Of a DNA stretch of 62,868 nt, positions 40,012 through 49,936 are shown piece by piece (within the stretch, counting starts at the first letter, position 1; each line of letters opens with the position of its first letter). The translations under genes and the position numbers were made by a program. This stretch comes from Promethearchaeota archaeon. Its GTDB lineage: Archaea > Asgardarchaeota > Lokiarchaeia > Sigyniarchaeales > SOKP01. Where the stretch lies: assembly GCA_019058295.1 (NCBI GenBank), contig JAHPZI010000025.1, positions 12,418 through 75,285 of the forward strand, read 5' to 3'. The notes beneath the pieces are model-generated. The model was not told where the DNA came from, searched no databases, and saw nothing but the letters and a program-made list of their open reading frames with translations.

Positions 40012-40644
40012 TTATAATTTAACTTCACCATCAATTCTAACTATTCTTCCATCCACATGCAATCGATTCTCATAAAATAATTCAATTGCTTTAGGAAATG
40101 CTTTATGTTCCCATTCTAATATTCTAGGTCCCAGTATATCCTTTGTGTCCGTATCATAAACCGGTACAGCATACTGTATTATGATTGGTCCATGATCTTC
40201 TTCTGGATCAACAAAATGAACAGTAACGCCTGATACTTTGACTCCATAAGCGAGAGCATCCTCATGTGCATGCATTCCTTTAAAAGATGGCAATAGAGCA
40301 GGATGGATATTCATAACATTTCTATCAAAATGTTCTATAAATAATTGACTTACAAAACGCATATATCCAACGAGTACAATCAGCTCGCAACCGTATTTAT
40401 CTAAGACTTCAATCATTTTCTGGTCAAAGTCTTCCCTAGTTCCCTTAAATTTATCTGATTCAATTAAGACACTGGGAATATTATGATTTTTTGCCCGTTC
40501 CATGCAAAATGCTCCAGCTTTATTACATATTAAAACTTCTACTGCTGCTTTATTTTTTAAAATTCCATTTTCAGTTGCTTGAACAATTGCTTCGAAATTA
40601 GAACCACTTCCGCTTGCGATAGCTCCAATTTTTAAAATTGCCAT
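40012..40644 (-). CDS. purN: Phosphoribosylglycinamide formyltransferase
   Basis: SGSGSNFEAI, GYMR, NIHPALLPSFKG, GVTVHFV, DHGPII. Confidence 0.97.
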   Translation of the reverse strand: MAILKIGAIASGSGSNFEAIVQATENGILKNKAAVEVLICNKAGAFCMERAKNHNIPSVLIESDKFKGTREDFDQKMIEVLDKYGCELIVLVGYMRFVSQLFIEHFDRNVMNIHPALLPSFKGMHAHEDALAYGVKVSGVTVHFVDPEEDHGPIIIQYAVPVYDTDTKDILGPRILEWEHKAFPKAIELFYENRLHVDGRIVRIDGEVKL

Positions 40645-40959
40645 AATACCATCTAATATTCATTTTTAAAAAAACTTTGTATGAAATAGAGAATTTAAAC
40701 TATAACTTTATTTTAATACATAATAGAAAGGTTTTTATTTGTTCTTTTTTATTTCTTACTTAGAACTTTAAAGTTGTTTCTTCAAATTTAATTCTCTTAT
40801 AATTAAATTGATTCAAGAGAATTATAACCTGTTTATTCGAATTTAACATTAACATATAATGAAAATATATTCACGTATAAATGAATTTGTAGTGAAATAA
40901 ATAGAGATTCAATAGATAATCCTATAAATAATATTTATTTTAAAATAGAGGGATAGAAT

Positions 40960-42876
40960 TTGAGTTTTGAAAGGGAATTAGAAAGAATTAAGCAAGAAAT
41001 AATCCAGAATCTTCCTCCGGATATTATTATTAAAGATATCGAATTTGAAGGTCCTGAAATCGCAGTTTACTCTGAAAATAGTTCCGATCTTAATACAATT
41101 GATAGCTCAAATGTTTTAAAAGATTTAGCGAAATTAATGAGAAAAAGAGTTGTCTTTCGATGGAATGTTGATAAAAGAAAAGATCCTAGCGAAACAGAAG
41201 ATTATATAAGAAATCTAATAGGAGAAGAAGCGGAGATTTCTGCTATCGAATTTGATCATACAAGAGGCGAAGTTATTATAGAATCAGGGAAACCAGGCCT
41301 AGTAATAGGCAAAAAAGGGGTTAATTTAAAAGAGATAAGAGCTAATACGTTTTGGCAACCTAAAACAATACGAACGCCTCCTTTAGCTTCAAGGACTATT
41401 CAGTTAATAAGGGGTATGTTAAGAAAGGAAAGGAAAACACAAAAAGATATTTTATTGCGAATTGGGAAAAGAATACATAGACCAACACTTTTTAACAATT
41501 TAAACATAAGAATGACTGCTTTGGGAGGGTTTAGAGAAGTTGGTCGATCTTGTATATTGATGCAAACAAAAGATAGTAATGTTTTAATTGATTGTGGATT
41601 AAATGTCGGCAACCCTAAAGATAAATTCCCTTTCTTTGATATTCCTGAGTTTTCAGTAAGAGATCTAGATGCCATCATTATATCTCATGCACATTTAGAT
41701 CATTGTGGTCTTGTTCCATTTCTCTTCAAATATGGTTACAGAGGGCCTGTGTATTCCACATTACCGACGAGGAATTTATCTACCATGCTCCAATTGGATT
41801 ATGTTCAAATTTGTGAAAAAGAAGGTATAAGTCCTCCATACTCTAAAAGAGATGTTAAAGCAGCTGTACTTCATACAATACCTCTATCTTGGGGAAAAGT
41901 AACAGATATAGCACCTGATATTAAATTAACCCTTCACAATTCTGGTCATATATTAGGATCTTCTATAATACATTTACACTTTGGAAAAGGAGGGTACAAC
42001 TTTGTTTATACAGGCGATTTTAAATTTCAAAAAACGCGATTGCTTGAAAAGGCTACTGTTAAATTTCCAAGAGTTGAAAGTTTACTTATTGAGGCTACTT
42101 ATGGCGGGCCACAAGATCGGATTCCGAGTCGACAAGAATCAGAAAAAGAACTTAAACAAATATTAAATTCTACTCTTAGAAAGGGGGGCAAGGTTTTAAT
42201 TCCAGTATTAGCTGTGGGAAGAGCTCAAGAACTAATAATAATTTTAGAAGAATTTATCTCTAAAGACATTATAGAAAAAGTCCCAATATTCCTTGATGGA
42301 TTAATAAGTGAAGCTACAGCAATTCACACTGCTAACCCGGATTTTCTTAGCAGCGATCTTCGGGAGAAAATTTTACATCAAGGAAAAAATCCATTCTTGT
42401 CAGACTTCTTCACAACCGTAACTTCTCACGAAGAACGATTAGATATTATTAAAGGAGGACCATGTATTATAATGGCGACGAGTGGCATGCTGATTGGAGG
42501 TCCATCTGTGCAGTATTTAAGAGAATTAGCAAACGACGTCAAAAATTCGCTAATTTTTGTTTCTTATCAAGTAGCTGGAACATTAGGTAATAGAATTCAG
42601 AGGGGCTTCAAAGAGTTTCAATATATAAACCAAAAAGGGCGAACTCAACTTGTAAAATTGAATTTAAAAGTTTTTACGCTAGAAGGGTTCTCAGGTCATA
42701 GTTCGCGTAGCCAGATTTCCCAATTCTTAAGAAAAATTCAACCTAGACCAAAAATGGTGATAACAAACCATGGAGAATCTAGCAAATGCGTAAGCTTATC
42801 CCAGATGATTCATAAAAAATTGAGAAAAAGCACTAAGTCACCTCTTAATAGAGAAACTTTATTATTAAAAGAATGA
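40960..42876 (+). CDS. aCPSF1 beta-CASP ribonuclease / termination factor FttA
   Basis: N-terminal KH domains, GGFREVGRS, SHAHLDH, GHILGS, GFSGH, NHGE. Confidence 0.96.
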   Translation: MSFERELERIKQEIIQNLPPDIIIKDIEFEGPEIAVYSENSSDLNTIDSSNVLKDLAKLMRKRVVFRWNVDKRKDPSETEDYIRNLIGEEAEISAIEFDHTRGEVIIESGKPGLVIGKKGVNLKEIRANTFWQPKTIRTPPLASRTIQLIRGMLRKERKTQKDILLRIGKRIHRPTLFNNLNIRMTALGGFREVGRSCILMQTKDSNVLIDCGLNVGNPKDKFPFFDIPEFSVRDLDAIIISHAHLDHCGLVPFLFKYGYRGPVYSTLPTRNLSTMLQLDYVQICEKEGISPPYSKRDVKAAVLHTIPLSWGKVTDIAPDIKLTLHNSGHILGSSIIHLHFGKGGYNFVYTGDFKFQKTRLLEKATVKFPRVESLLIEATYGGPQDRIPSRQESEKELKQILNSTLRKGGKVLIPVLAVGRAQELIIILEEFISKDIIEKVPIFLDGLISEATAIHTANPDFLSSDLREKILHQGKNPFLSDFFTTVTSHEERLDIIKGGPCIIMATSGMLIGGPSVQYLRELANDVKNSLIFVSYQVAGTLGNRIQRGFKEFQYINQKGRTQLVKLNLKVFTLEGFSGHSSRSQISQFLRKIQPRPKMVITNHGESSKCVSLSQMIHKKLRKSTKSPLNRETLLLKE

Positions 42877-42988
42877 CCTAAAGTGATAATAAAATAAAAG
42901 CTCTTTTGTTTTAATAGGAAAACTTAATTTTTTTAAAAAGCAATTATTTTTAGAATTATCTCGAATATTGATATCTTAGTGTGATTTT

Positions 42989-43939
42989 TTGAGTCGAATA
43001 AAATCTAGTATATCTAATAATAAAACGTCAATTTTTCGTCGGTTTATCCAGCTGACTTTTTTTGTCGTTATTAATTACGTAATTATCGAATGGATTTTCT
43101 CTATTAATTTAAAAAGCTTTGAAGTTTTTGTAAAAGCACTCCCAGTTCTCAATTCGCCAAGAAACCCCCTCTCAAAGGGAGCTGGTTTCGTAGAATATAT
43201 ATTTTATTCTATAGCTAAAGGTGAATTTCCATTTTTTATTATAGCTTTATTTTTATTATTCATATTATTTACAAATAGGTTTTTTTGCGGGTGGATCTGT
43301 CCTATCGGAACAATCCAAGATGGTTTATCCGCACTAGGGGCTAAAAATAAAACTTTTAAGAAGGAAACACATGACTCTTTATTAAAATTCAAATATTTCC
43401 TTATTGTATTATTATTAATTATTATTGTTCCTTTAGGGGTAACTAAAACAACGGATATAGCATTTCATAACGATTATAAAGAAAATCTAGGTTCTTGGGC
43501 AGAACAACCCGTAGGATTCTTTTCATTATCAGAATATATTTTTGTTTTTTTTCCCAATTTAATGACCGAAATTTTCGAAAATTGGGAAGAAACTGCATTA
43601 GAACCACTTTTTTCTGACTTTTGGGTATTCTTTTTTTTTCTTTTCTATTTAATTGTTATAACGTTAGCAATATTCTATCCACGATTTTATTGCAAATATA
43701 TGTGCCCATTTGGTGCAATTGCTGCGAGGTTAAGTCGTTATAGTTTCTTAAAACTGACAAGAAGCCCTGTTCGATGTGTTGGTAGAGCAGAATGTGGTAT
43801 ATGCGAACGGGTCTGTCCTAAGCAGATTAGAATCTTAGATGAACCTTATGAATTTTTTACAGGTAATGGCGAATGTAACCTTTGCGGAAAATGTATCGAT
43901 AAATGTCCTTATAACGCAATAAGTATAAGATTTGGATAA
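42989..43939 (+). CDS. Membrane polyferredoxin (NapH/MauN-like)
   Basis: FCGWICPIG, YCKYMCPFG, C-terminal 2x[4Fe-4S] Cys motifs. Confidence 0.88.
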   Translation: MSRIKSSISNNKTSIFRRFIQLTFFVVINYVIIEWIFSINLKSFEVFVKALPVLNSPRNPLSKGAGFVEYIFYSIAKGEFPFFIIALFLLFILFTNRFFCGWICPIGTIQDGLSALGAKNKTFKKETHDSLLKFKYFLIVLLLIIIVPLGVTKTTDIAFHNDYKENLGSWAEQPVGFFSLSEYIFVFFPNLMTEIFENWEETALEPLFSDFWVFFFFLFYLIVITLAIFYPRFYCKYMCPFGAIAARLSRYSFLKLTRSPVRCVGRAECGICERVCPKQIRILDEPYEFFTGNGECNLCGKCIDKCPYNAISIRFG

Positions 43940-44008
43940 TATAAGCAAATATTTTATTATTACATGTTGTCTTTATTTATATACTAGGTATTAACATTAA
44001 CTTGAACT

Positions 44009-45223
44009 ATGGATCATAACAAGATAGAACAGCTTCGGTTGCGTTTAAGAAAAGATAGCGATATCGGAATCCATGGAATACTAGATTCACAAGCTGTTAG
44101 ATATTATGAAGAAAAAGAAGAAGATAAAAATTATATTGATATTAGATCTCCTTTTTTCAGAGATGTGGATCGGATTGTTCATAGCAAAGCATACTCGAGA
44201 TATATTGACCGCTCCCAAGTGTTTTTTGATATAAATAACGCAAATATCACTCATCGTTCTTTACATGTGGTCTTAGTTTCGAGAATAGCACGCCAGATAG
44301 GTAGAGTTTTAAAACTTAATACTGATTTAATAGAGGCAATAGCTTTAGGACATGATATCGGACACCCGCCATATGGGCACTTAGGAGAGCAAATTTTAGA
44401 TAATATTAGTAAAAAATATAAGATGGGTGGATTTTTACACAACGCTCAAAGTATTAGGTGGCTAACCCATCTAGAAAAAAGATTTCCTAAGAAGCCTGCT
44501 AATGGATTAAATTTAACCCTACAAGTATTAGATGGCATCCTTTGCCATGATGGAGAAATTAACGAACAAAAGTTAAAACCAAAAAAAATTAATAGTAAAA
44601 CTTGGAATGACCATTTTAGAGAATATAACGATTGCTTTAACGAAAACATAATTAAAAGAATTCCTATGTCAAATGAAGGTGTTGTTGTAAGATTTGCTGA
44701 CGCCATTTCTTATATAGGAAGAGACATTGAAGATGCGATTCTGTTAAAGTTCATAAAACGCTCTGATATACCAGAAACTTGCAGAAAAATTCTCGGAGAT
44801 ACAAATCGAAAGATTATTAATACATTAATAATGGATCTCCTTGACTTTAGTTTAGATAACGATATAATTGGATATTCTGAGAAAATATTTGAGGCTTTGA
44901 AAGAATTAAAGATGTTTAATAATAATGAAATATATCTTAGAAGAGATTTATATCAAAAGAAAGATTCTAAAATTCCCTACGCAGATGAATTAACTAAAAA
45001 ATTCGAATTGATTTTTAAAAAATGTCTAAAAGATTTAGAAGAGGAAAATTACGAAGAACCAATTTTTAAAGATCATATCGAATATATTGATAACGAAAAT
45101 TATACTACTTATTTTAAACCCCTTAAAGAGAATAATTTGACTCTTATTGTGCGAGATTATATCGCAGGAATGTCAGATAAGTATTTCAAAGAGATATATG
45201 AAAAATCTTCAAAAAAGATTTAG
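44009..45223 (+). CDS. dGTP triphosphohydrolase-like HD protein
   Basis: RDVDRIVHS, HRSLH, GHDIGHPPYGH, ADAISY, DYIAGMSD. Confidence 0.9.
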   Translation: MDHNKIEQLRLRLRKDSDIGIHGILDSQAVRYYEEKEEDKNYIDIRSPFFRDVDRIVHSKAYSRYIDRSQVFFDINNANITHRSLHVVLVSRIARQIGRVLKLNTDLIEAIALGHDIGHPPYGHLGEQILDNISKKYKMGGFLHNAQSIRWLTHLEKRFPKKPANGLNLTLQVLDGILCHDGEINEQKLKPKKINSKTWNDHFREYNDCFNENIIKRIPMSNEGVVVRFADAISYIGRDIEDAILLKFIKRSDIPETCRKILGDTNRKIINTLIMDLLDFSLDNDIIGYSEKIFEALKELKMFNNNEIYLRRDLYQKKDSKIPYADELTKKFELIFKKCLKDLEEENYEEPIFKDHIEYIDNENYTTYFKPLKENNLTLIVRDYIAGMSDKYFKEIYEKSSKKI

Positions 45224-45281
45224 CCTTTTTATTTTTCATTGGTGAAATAAAAATTAGCTAACTATATTATTATAGGTAAGA

Positions 45282-45464
45282 GGATTACACATAACGGAGG
45301 AAAAACAAGGGTTTCTTTTTCAGTCACGGGGTTTTTTACGCTTCATATAGAAACGATTTTTTTTAGTTCAGTTATTACGGGGTTTTTAAAGAATTAGTAT
45401 TTAACTGAATTATTTTTTTTTTACATCCTCCGTGCAATTTTGAAAAATTGTATATGTGTAATCC
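45282..45464. ncRNA. Putative structured non-coding RNA (unclassified)
   Basis: 12-bp terminal helix, 8-bp inner helix, three hairpins, duplicated ACGGGGTTTTT motif. Confidence 0.5.
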
Positions 45465-45574
45465 CAGTAAATATATGATCCTTATCAATAAAAATCTATC
45501 TGATCGGTATATTTAAATTACAATTCTTATGTGAAAGAAAAACTTTTTAGGAATCTTAAGTTTTAATACATTAA

Positions 45575-45677
45575 AGCCGAGTGGTGTAGTGGCCAAGCAT
45601 CGGGGGCCCTGAACCCCTGGACCACGGTTCGAAAATTAGCGATATGGCGTTGCTCTTCGAGATTCCGTGCTCGGCTA
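45575..45677 (+). tRNA. tRNA-Gln(CTG) with a 30-nt intron at position 59/60 (45634-45663)
   Basis: Acceptor AGCCGAG/CTCGGCT-A; anticodon loop CCCTGAA; T stem CACGG/CCGTG; BHB helix TTCG/CGAG. Confidence 0.88.
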
Positions 45678-45686
45678 TATTTCTTT

Positions 45687-46046
45687 TTACCCTGTTCGTT
45701 TAATAATATGATATCCAAATTGGGTTTTGACAGGTTGGGAAATTGATCCGACTTTTAATTTTGTACAAGCATTCCAGAATTCGGATACCATTTTACCTTT
45801 TGGAAATTCCCCTAAATTACCTCCTTTATTCTTACTCGGGCACTCAGAATATTGTCTTGCGAGTTTTTCAAAGCTTTCACCAGCTTGCAAATCTTCATAA
45901 ATTTCTTGGGCCATACTTAGCTTATTAACTAATATATGGCTTGCTTTTATTTTTCCCCCTTTTATTGGGGCTCCATCTTTTCCTGTGGAGCCCTTTGATG
46001 CTCCAACCTTTTTTTGCATCCCTTTTCCATATTTTGGCTTTCCCAT
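45687..46046 (-). CDS. Parvulin-type PPIase with basic N-terminal tail
   Basis: [26 protein letters not shown]. Confidence 0.93.
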   Translation of the reverse strand: MGKPKYGKGMQKKVGASKGSTGKDGAPIKGGKIKASHILVNKLSMAQEIYEDLQAGESFEKLARQYSECPSKNKGGNLGEFPKGKMVSEFWNACTKLKVGSISQPVKTQFGYHIIKRTG

Positions 46047-46114
46047 AATTTCAAACCTAAAATTATCGGTTAATTTTATTAATATTATTAAAAGTTCAAG
46101 TTAAGAAAAAGTTG

Positions 46115-46549
46115 TTAATTGATGATTAGATACCTGAAGTTTTTAATTTCCTTTATACTATTGATTTCAACAACAATACTACGAAAATCTTGAAGGCTTC
46201 CCTCAAAAACCAAAAAGAATGTATTATGAGGATTATTAGTATAGAATTGCTGATTCTTACTTACAATCTGATCGCAATATTTATTTTCTATTTTATTCAA
46301 TTTTTTTAGAATATTTATATCATTAGGCACGACGATGATCATATTACCGATAATCTTTTTAGTTAATGGAGTAAAAAAATCGATAGTAGCAGCATCCATA
46401 TTTGAAAAGTCAGGACTTTGCTGTAATCTCAATATTGCATCCCTAATAAGCTTAGATTTGTTCTTGTACTTATTTTTAGTAATTAGTTTATCCAAGAACT
46501 TCTTAAGGTTCTCATTAATCGAGATGCTTATTATCGGAATGACATCCAC
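46115..46549 (-). CDS. Ribbon-helix-helix regulator, NikR-like architecture
   Basis: IISISINENL...NKSKLIRDAI plus an ACT-like C-terminal part. Confidence 0.75.
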   Translation of the reverse strand: MDVIPIISISINENLKKFLDKLITKNKYKNKSKLIRDAILRLQQSPDFSNMDAATIDFFTPLTKKIIGNMIIVVPNDINILKKLNKIENKYCDQIVSKNQQFYTNNPHNTFFLVFEGSLQDFRSIVVEINSIKEIKNFRYLIIN

Positions 46550-46632
46550 CTTTTTTTTATTTCTATCTTTGCTTTATATATAATTAGATATTAAAATTTA
46601 TATATTTATTGCATACAATTGAGAATGATATT

Positions 46633-49005
46633 TTAAATTTTTAAAGTTCTAGTCAATACATTTCTGAAGCTTTCTACATCATTAACTAATTTATCGGCAT
46701 CATCCTCACTAATACTCTCCTCCTTTTCATATTTATTTAATCTTGTAAGCCAGAATTCAATTCGCCCTAATACTGGGCTATCTTCTCCAATAATCTTTCT
46801 TAAGCGAATAAAAGTATCGTGTAATTTAGTTCTTATGTTTTGTGCTTTCCAACGAAGCATGCAATAATCGCTTACCTCTGCCAAATTCTGGGTTATTGCC
46901 ATGACATCGAGCGTTTTTTCTCGTTCTTCACTTTTGATCTTGCGAATAATTTCTATTTGTTCATACAATAACTCTATTAATTTTGCTAAGAATCCCGTAA
47001 GTTGCCCAGGATTAGCACACCAAACTCTTATTTCCATGGATTGATTTACCGCGGATACAAAAAGCCTTATAATAATTCTCCCACCAGTCACTTTTGCTTC
47101 GCTACAGCACCAACACTCCCCAACATAGCTCCCAGAATCGTCAGTTCCTTCATGAGACGTAACTATGCTTGTATCAAAATTTTTTAAAGTTCTAATTCCA
47201 GCTCTATAAGCTAATCGAGGATCTAAATCAGCAATTAAAAAAGCCCGAGCATCATTAGGAAGGTCTTGAATTGATAATTGGCAATCTTCGATAGTTGTTA
47301 GAGAAGCACAAACTAAAGGACACTTAATTTGTACTTCTTTTTTTCTCACATGAATCGTTTTTTGCTCACCAACAGCATTTTTGTAAATGACAGTTCCACC
47401 AATATTAGAAATTCCACATTCCTTAGGTTCTAAATAGAAATCTACTCCCCTTGAATTCCCTTGTTCAATGACTGGAATAGTAATTAAAGATTGTTTTAAA
47501 TTGTAGCTTGTAGGAGCATCTAATACAATTTTTACATTATTAATCGCCATATCACTATGATTTCTAACAACAACTTTGAAATGAAGTTGACCCCCTATAA
47601 AATCATAATCGCGTAATGCTTCAATTTTCCCCTCATCTTTTGGCTCAATTTTTTCTTTTGAAACTTGAGCTGCCTTTCTTGAAGCTATTGGTACATCATA
47701 GGCTACAAGCATTTTTTTTTGAGAGTCAATATATCCATCTATCTCGCCCCTTCCGATTAAGATTGCTAAATTTTCTTCAATAGTTGCCTCTGTCACTCCT
47801 AATCTATTTGATAATTCTTTCAATTTTAAGTTTCTGTATGCTCTCGTGAGTTCTTTTAGTTTTGTTTCGAGATGTTTCGTTGTCATGAATTCTCTTCGTT
47901 GAGTAAATATTCCCCTAATATCACCACTTTTAATCATTTCGTGAAGACTTTTTCTACTTAATTCCAATGCGATATTCTGTTTTTCAGCAAGTTTTGAAAG
48001 TTTAAAAACTCCCATATCTTTTGAAAATTTTTTAATCTCACTATAAATTTGATTGGTAGTAATTATTTGTTTACCATGATCAGCAAAATATCCATTAATA
48101 GCTTTAGTTTTCATAAGATTAATACAATTATTCTTAATTAACTCAGAGGGCATATTAAAACTTTTAGCAAGCTCAAATAACGGAATTCTACCTTTTTCAT
48201 TAATAGTTTTTATTAAATTATCAGTAATATAGTTCTGAGAATAATATATTCTTTTATCTTTTGAAAAGGCTCCTTTAATTTGGAATTTACTGATTTGCTT
48301 GTAAATTACTTTAAGGGCCATATCTGAATTCATATCCAGCATCAACGCTAAATCTTTTACCTTTATAATCCCCTCTTTTTGAATTTTTGCAGCTAATTTC
48401 TTTCGCATCTCAAAAGATATATAATAAAATATTCGGTTTTTAGAATCTATAATTCCATATATTCGGTCTTCTTCAATATATTTCTTAATTAATTTTACCA
48501 TCTGTTCTGCTGAGATATGAAAGGCATCCATTATAGATGAAAAATTCGTTGTAGGAGCTCTCTTTAAAAGGTCTAAGAAACATTTAGGGCAAATCTCTTT
48601 TCCAATAATATGTTTTAGTTTTTTGTTACACTTCGAAAAGGATTGAATAAGATTATACCTTCTCGCTTCTTTTTTCAATTGATCTTCTGATGGATAAAAT
48701 ATACCAGGTGTTTTTAAATACGAATTCCATCCATCTTCAGGGTTCGTACATTGAAGAAAATACTGACCTGATGATAATTGCTCGATTCTTAAAAGAGAAC
48801 CACAATCTGGACAAGAACTATCTTCCATGATTGAACAGCGATATTGTAATTCAGAAGCTTTCGCTTTTGAGTATTGTTGATTATGTTTCTTACATTCCCA
48901 TAACTCCGTTGTTGCTGTGTGGTTAATACAAAAGCTAGTTTTACATTTTTCGCATTTAAATTCTATGCGTGAACTGTCACAGAACAAACATTTTTCCGTC
49001 GCCAT
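46633..49005 (-). CDS. Zn-finger, tandem winged-helix (PCI/UFL1-like) and appendage-like domain protein
   Basis: N-terminal Cys clusters; about 5 repeats of LA...L...G.I.G; C-terminal beta-sandwich and alpha/beta regions. Confidence 0.7.
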   Translation of the reverse strand: MATEKCLFCDSSRIEFKCEKCKTSFCINHTATTELWECKKHNQQYSKAKASELQYRCSIMEDSSCPDCGSLLRIEQLSSGQYFLQCTNPEDGWNSYLKTPGIFYPSEDQLKKEARRYNLIQSFSKCNKKLKHIIGKEICPKCFLDLLKRAPTTNFSSIMDAFHISAEQMVKLIKKYIEEDRIYGIIDSKNRIFYYISFEMRKKLAAKIQKEGIIKVKDLALMLDMNSDMALKVIYKQISKFQIKGAFSKDKRIYYSQNYITDNLIKTINEKGRIPLFELAKSFNMPSELIKNNCINLMKTKAINGYFADHGKQIITTNQIYSEIKKFSKDMGVFKLSKLAEKQNIALELSRKSLHEMIKSGDIRGIFTQRREFMTTKHLETKLKELTRAYRNLKLKELSNRLGVTEATIEENLAILIGRGEIDGYIDSQKKMLVAYDVPIASRKAAQVSKEKIEPKDEGKIEALRDYDFIGGQLHFKVVVRNHSDMAINNVKIVLDAPTSYNLKQSLITIPVIEQGNSRGVDFYLEPKECGISNIGGTVIYKNAVGEQKTIHVRKKEVQIKCPLVCASLTTIEDCQLSIQDLPNDARAFLIADLDPRLAYRAGIRTLKNFDTSIVTSHEGTDDSGSYVGECWCCSEAKVTGGRIIIRLFVSAVNQSMEIRVWCANPGQLTGFLAKLIELLYEQIEIIRKIKSEEREKTLDVMAITQNLAEVSDYCMLRWKAQNIRTKLHDTFIRLRKIIGEDSPVLGRIEFWLTRLNKYEKEESISEDDADKLVNDVESFRNVLTRTLKI

Positions 49006-49102
49006 GATATCTTATCTTTATTAATATTTTTTCTTTTATCTCTTATATATTAATATAAAAAAATTCAGATTTAAATTCTTTACATAGTCCATTTTTTATT
49101 TT

Positions 49103-49864
49103 TTATTTTAAACGGGAAACTGGAAAAAGATTAATTTGTAAGAAGCTCAAAACCATAATAATTATATTGACACCGATTATTATCAATAACATAATTATAT
49201 AAATAGTAATCGTTCCTTTTTTCTTAGATCCTTCCATTTCAGTTTTAGTTTCCTTCGGAAATGGCTTAATCGTTTCAGCAGTTCGTTTTGCAAGCGCCAA
49301 TGGAAATAAGCCTATTAATGTTCCCAGTGAAAAATAGAATACTGTAAAAAATCCTTCTAACCACCCGTAGCTTAAAGAAAAGATTAAACATTGAGAATAT
49401 ATATATAATTCGAATAAACAAGGGGGAAACCCTGCAAGAAGTCCAAAAATGTAAGGTGTTCTTCGTTTATTCCAATCCAAATTCATAATACTATCTTTAT
49501 ACTTTGAATGTGGGAAGTAGTCCTTCCTTGTGATAAAAAATAAAAATGTAATAGCTACAAATGTAGAAGAAAATGCTCCAAAAAAAGTGATAGTATGAGG
49601 GTCTAAAACAACAGAGGGGAGTAATATTAAAGGAATTAAAATAACTAGAATAGAAATAATGGCAATAGTTAAATTGGCAGTCATTAGACCAAGTCCGTAT
49701 AAAATTAATATAAAGAAACTGCTTTTGGGTTCTTTAGTTACTCCAAAACTATAAAAACAAAAAAGAGCCTTATCTTCACAGGGCATAACAGTGTGGAGCA
49801 AACCTAATAAAAATGCTGGCAAGAAAATAATCCAATATTCCTGTAAAATAAGAAATTGCAACAT
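49103..49864 (-). CDS. CcdA/DsbD_2/UreH-like membrane protein
   Basis: About 6 TM; LHTVMPCED and GFPPCLFE Pro-Cys motifs. Confidence 0.65.
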   Translation of the reverse strand: MLQFLILQEYWIIFLPAFLLGLLHTVMPCEDKALFCFYSFGVTKEPKSSFFILILYGLGLMTANLTIAIISILVILIPLILLPSVVLDPHTITFFGAFSSTFVAITFLFFITRKDYFPHSKYKDSIMNLDWNKRRTPYIFGLLAGFPPCLFELYIYSQCLIFSLSYGWLEGFFTVFYFSLGTLIGLFPLALAKRTAETIKPFPKETKTEMEGSKKKGTITIYIIMLLIIIGVNIIIMVLSFLQINLFPVSRLK

Positions 49865-49936
49865 TTTTTTAAATTTTTAGAGTAATTAATTTATCGTTAA
49901 ATCAAATATATTTGATGATATTTTGTATTACTATTT

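Noticed and set aside
45305-45415. SECIS, ORB-origin or telomerase-template reading of the hairpins (minus strand ATGA...AAAAAACCCC...TGA)
   Set aside because: No proper SECIS upper stem and no adjacent UGA-containing gene; no cdc6 or full ORB consensus; the AAAACCCC match is too short to mean anything
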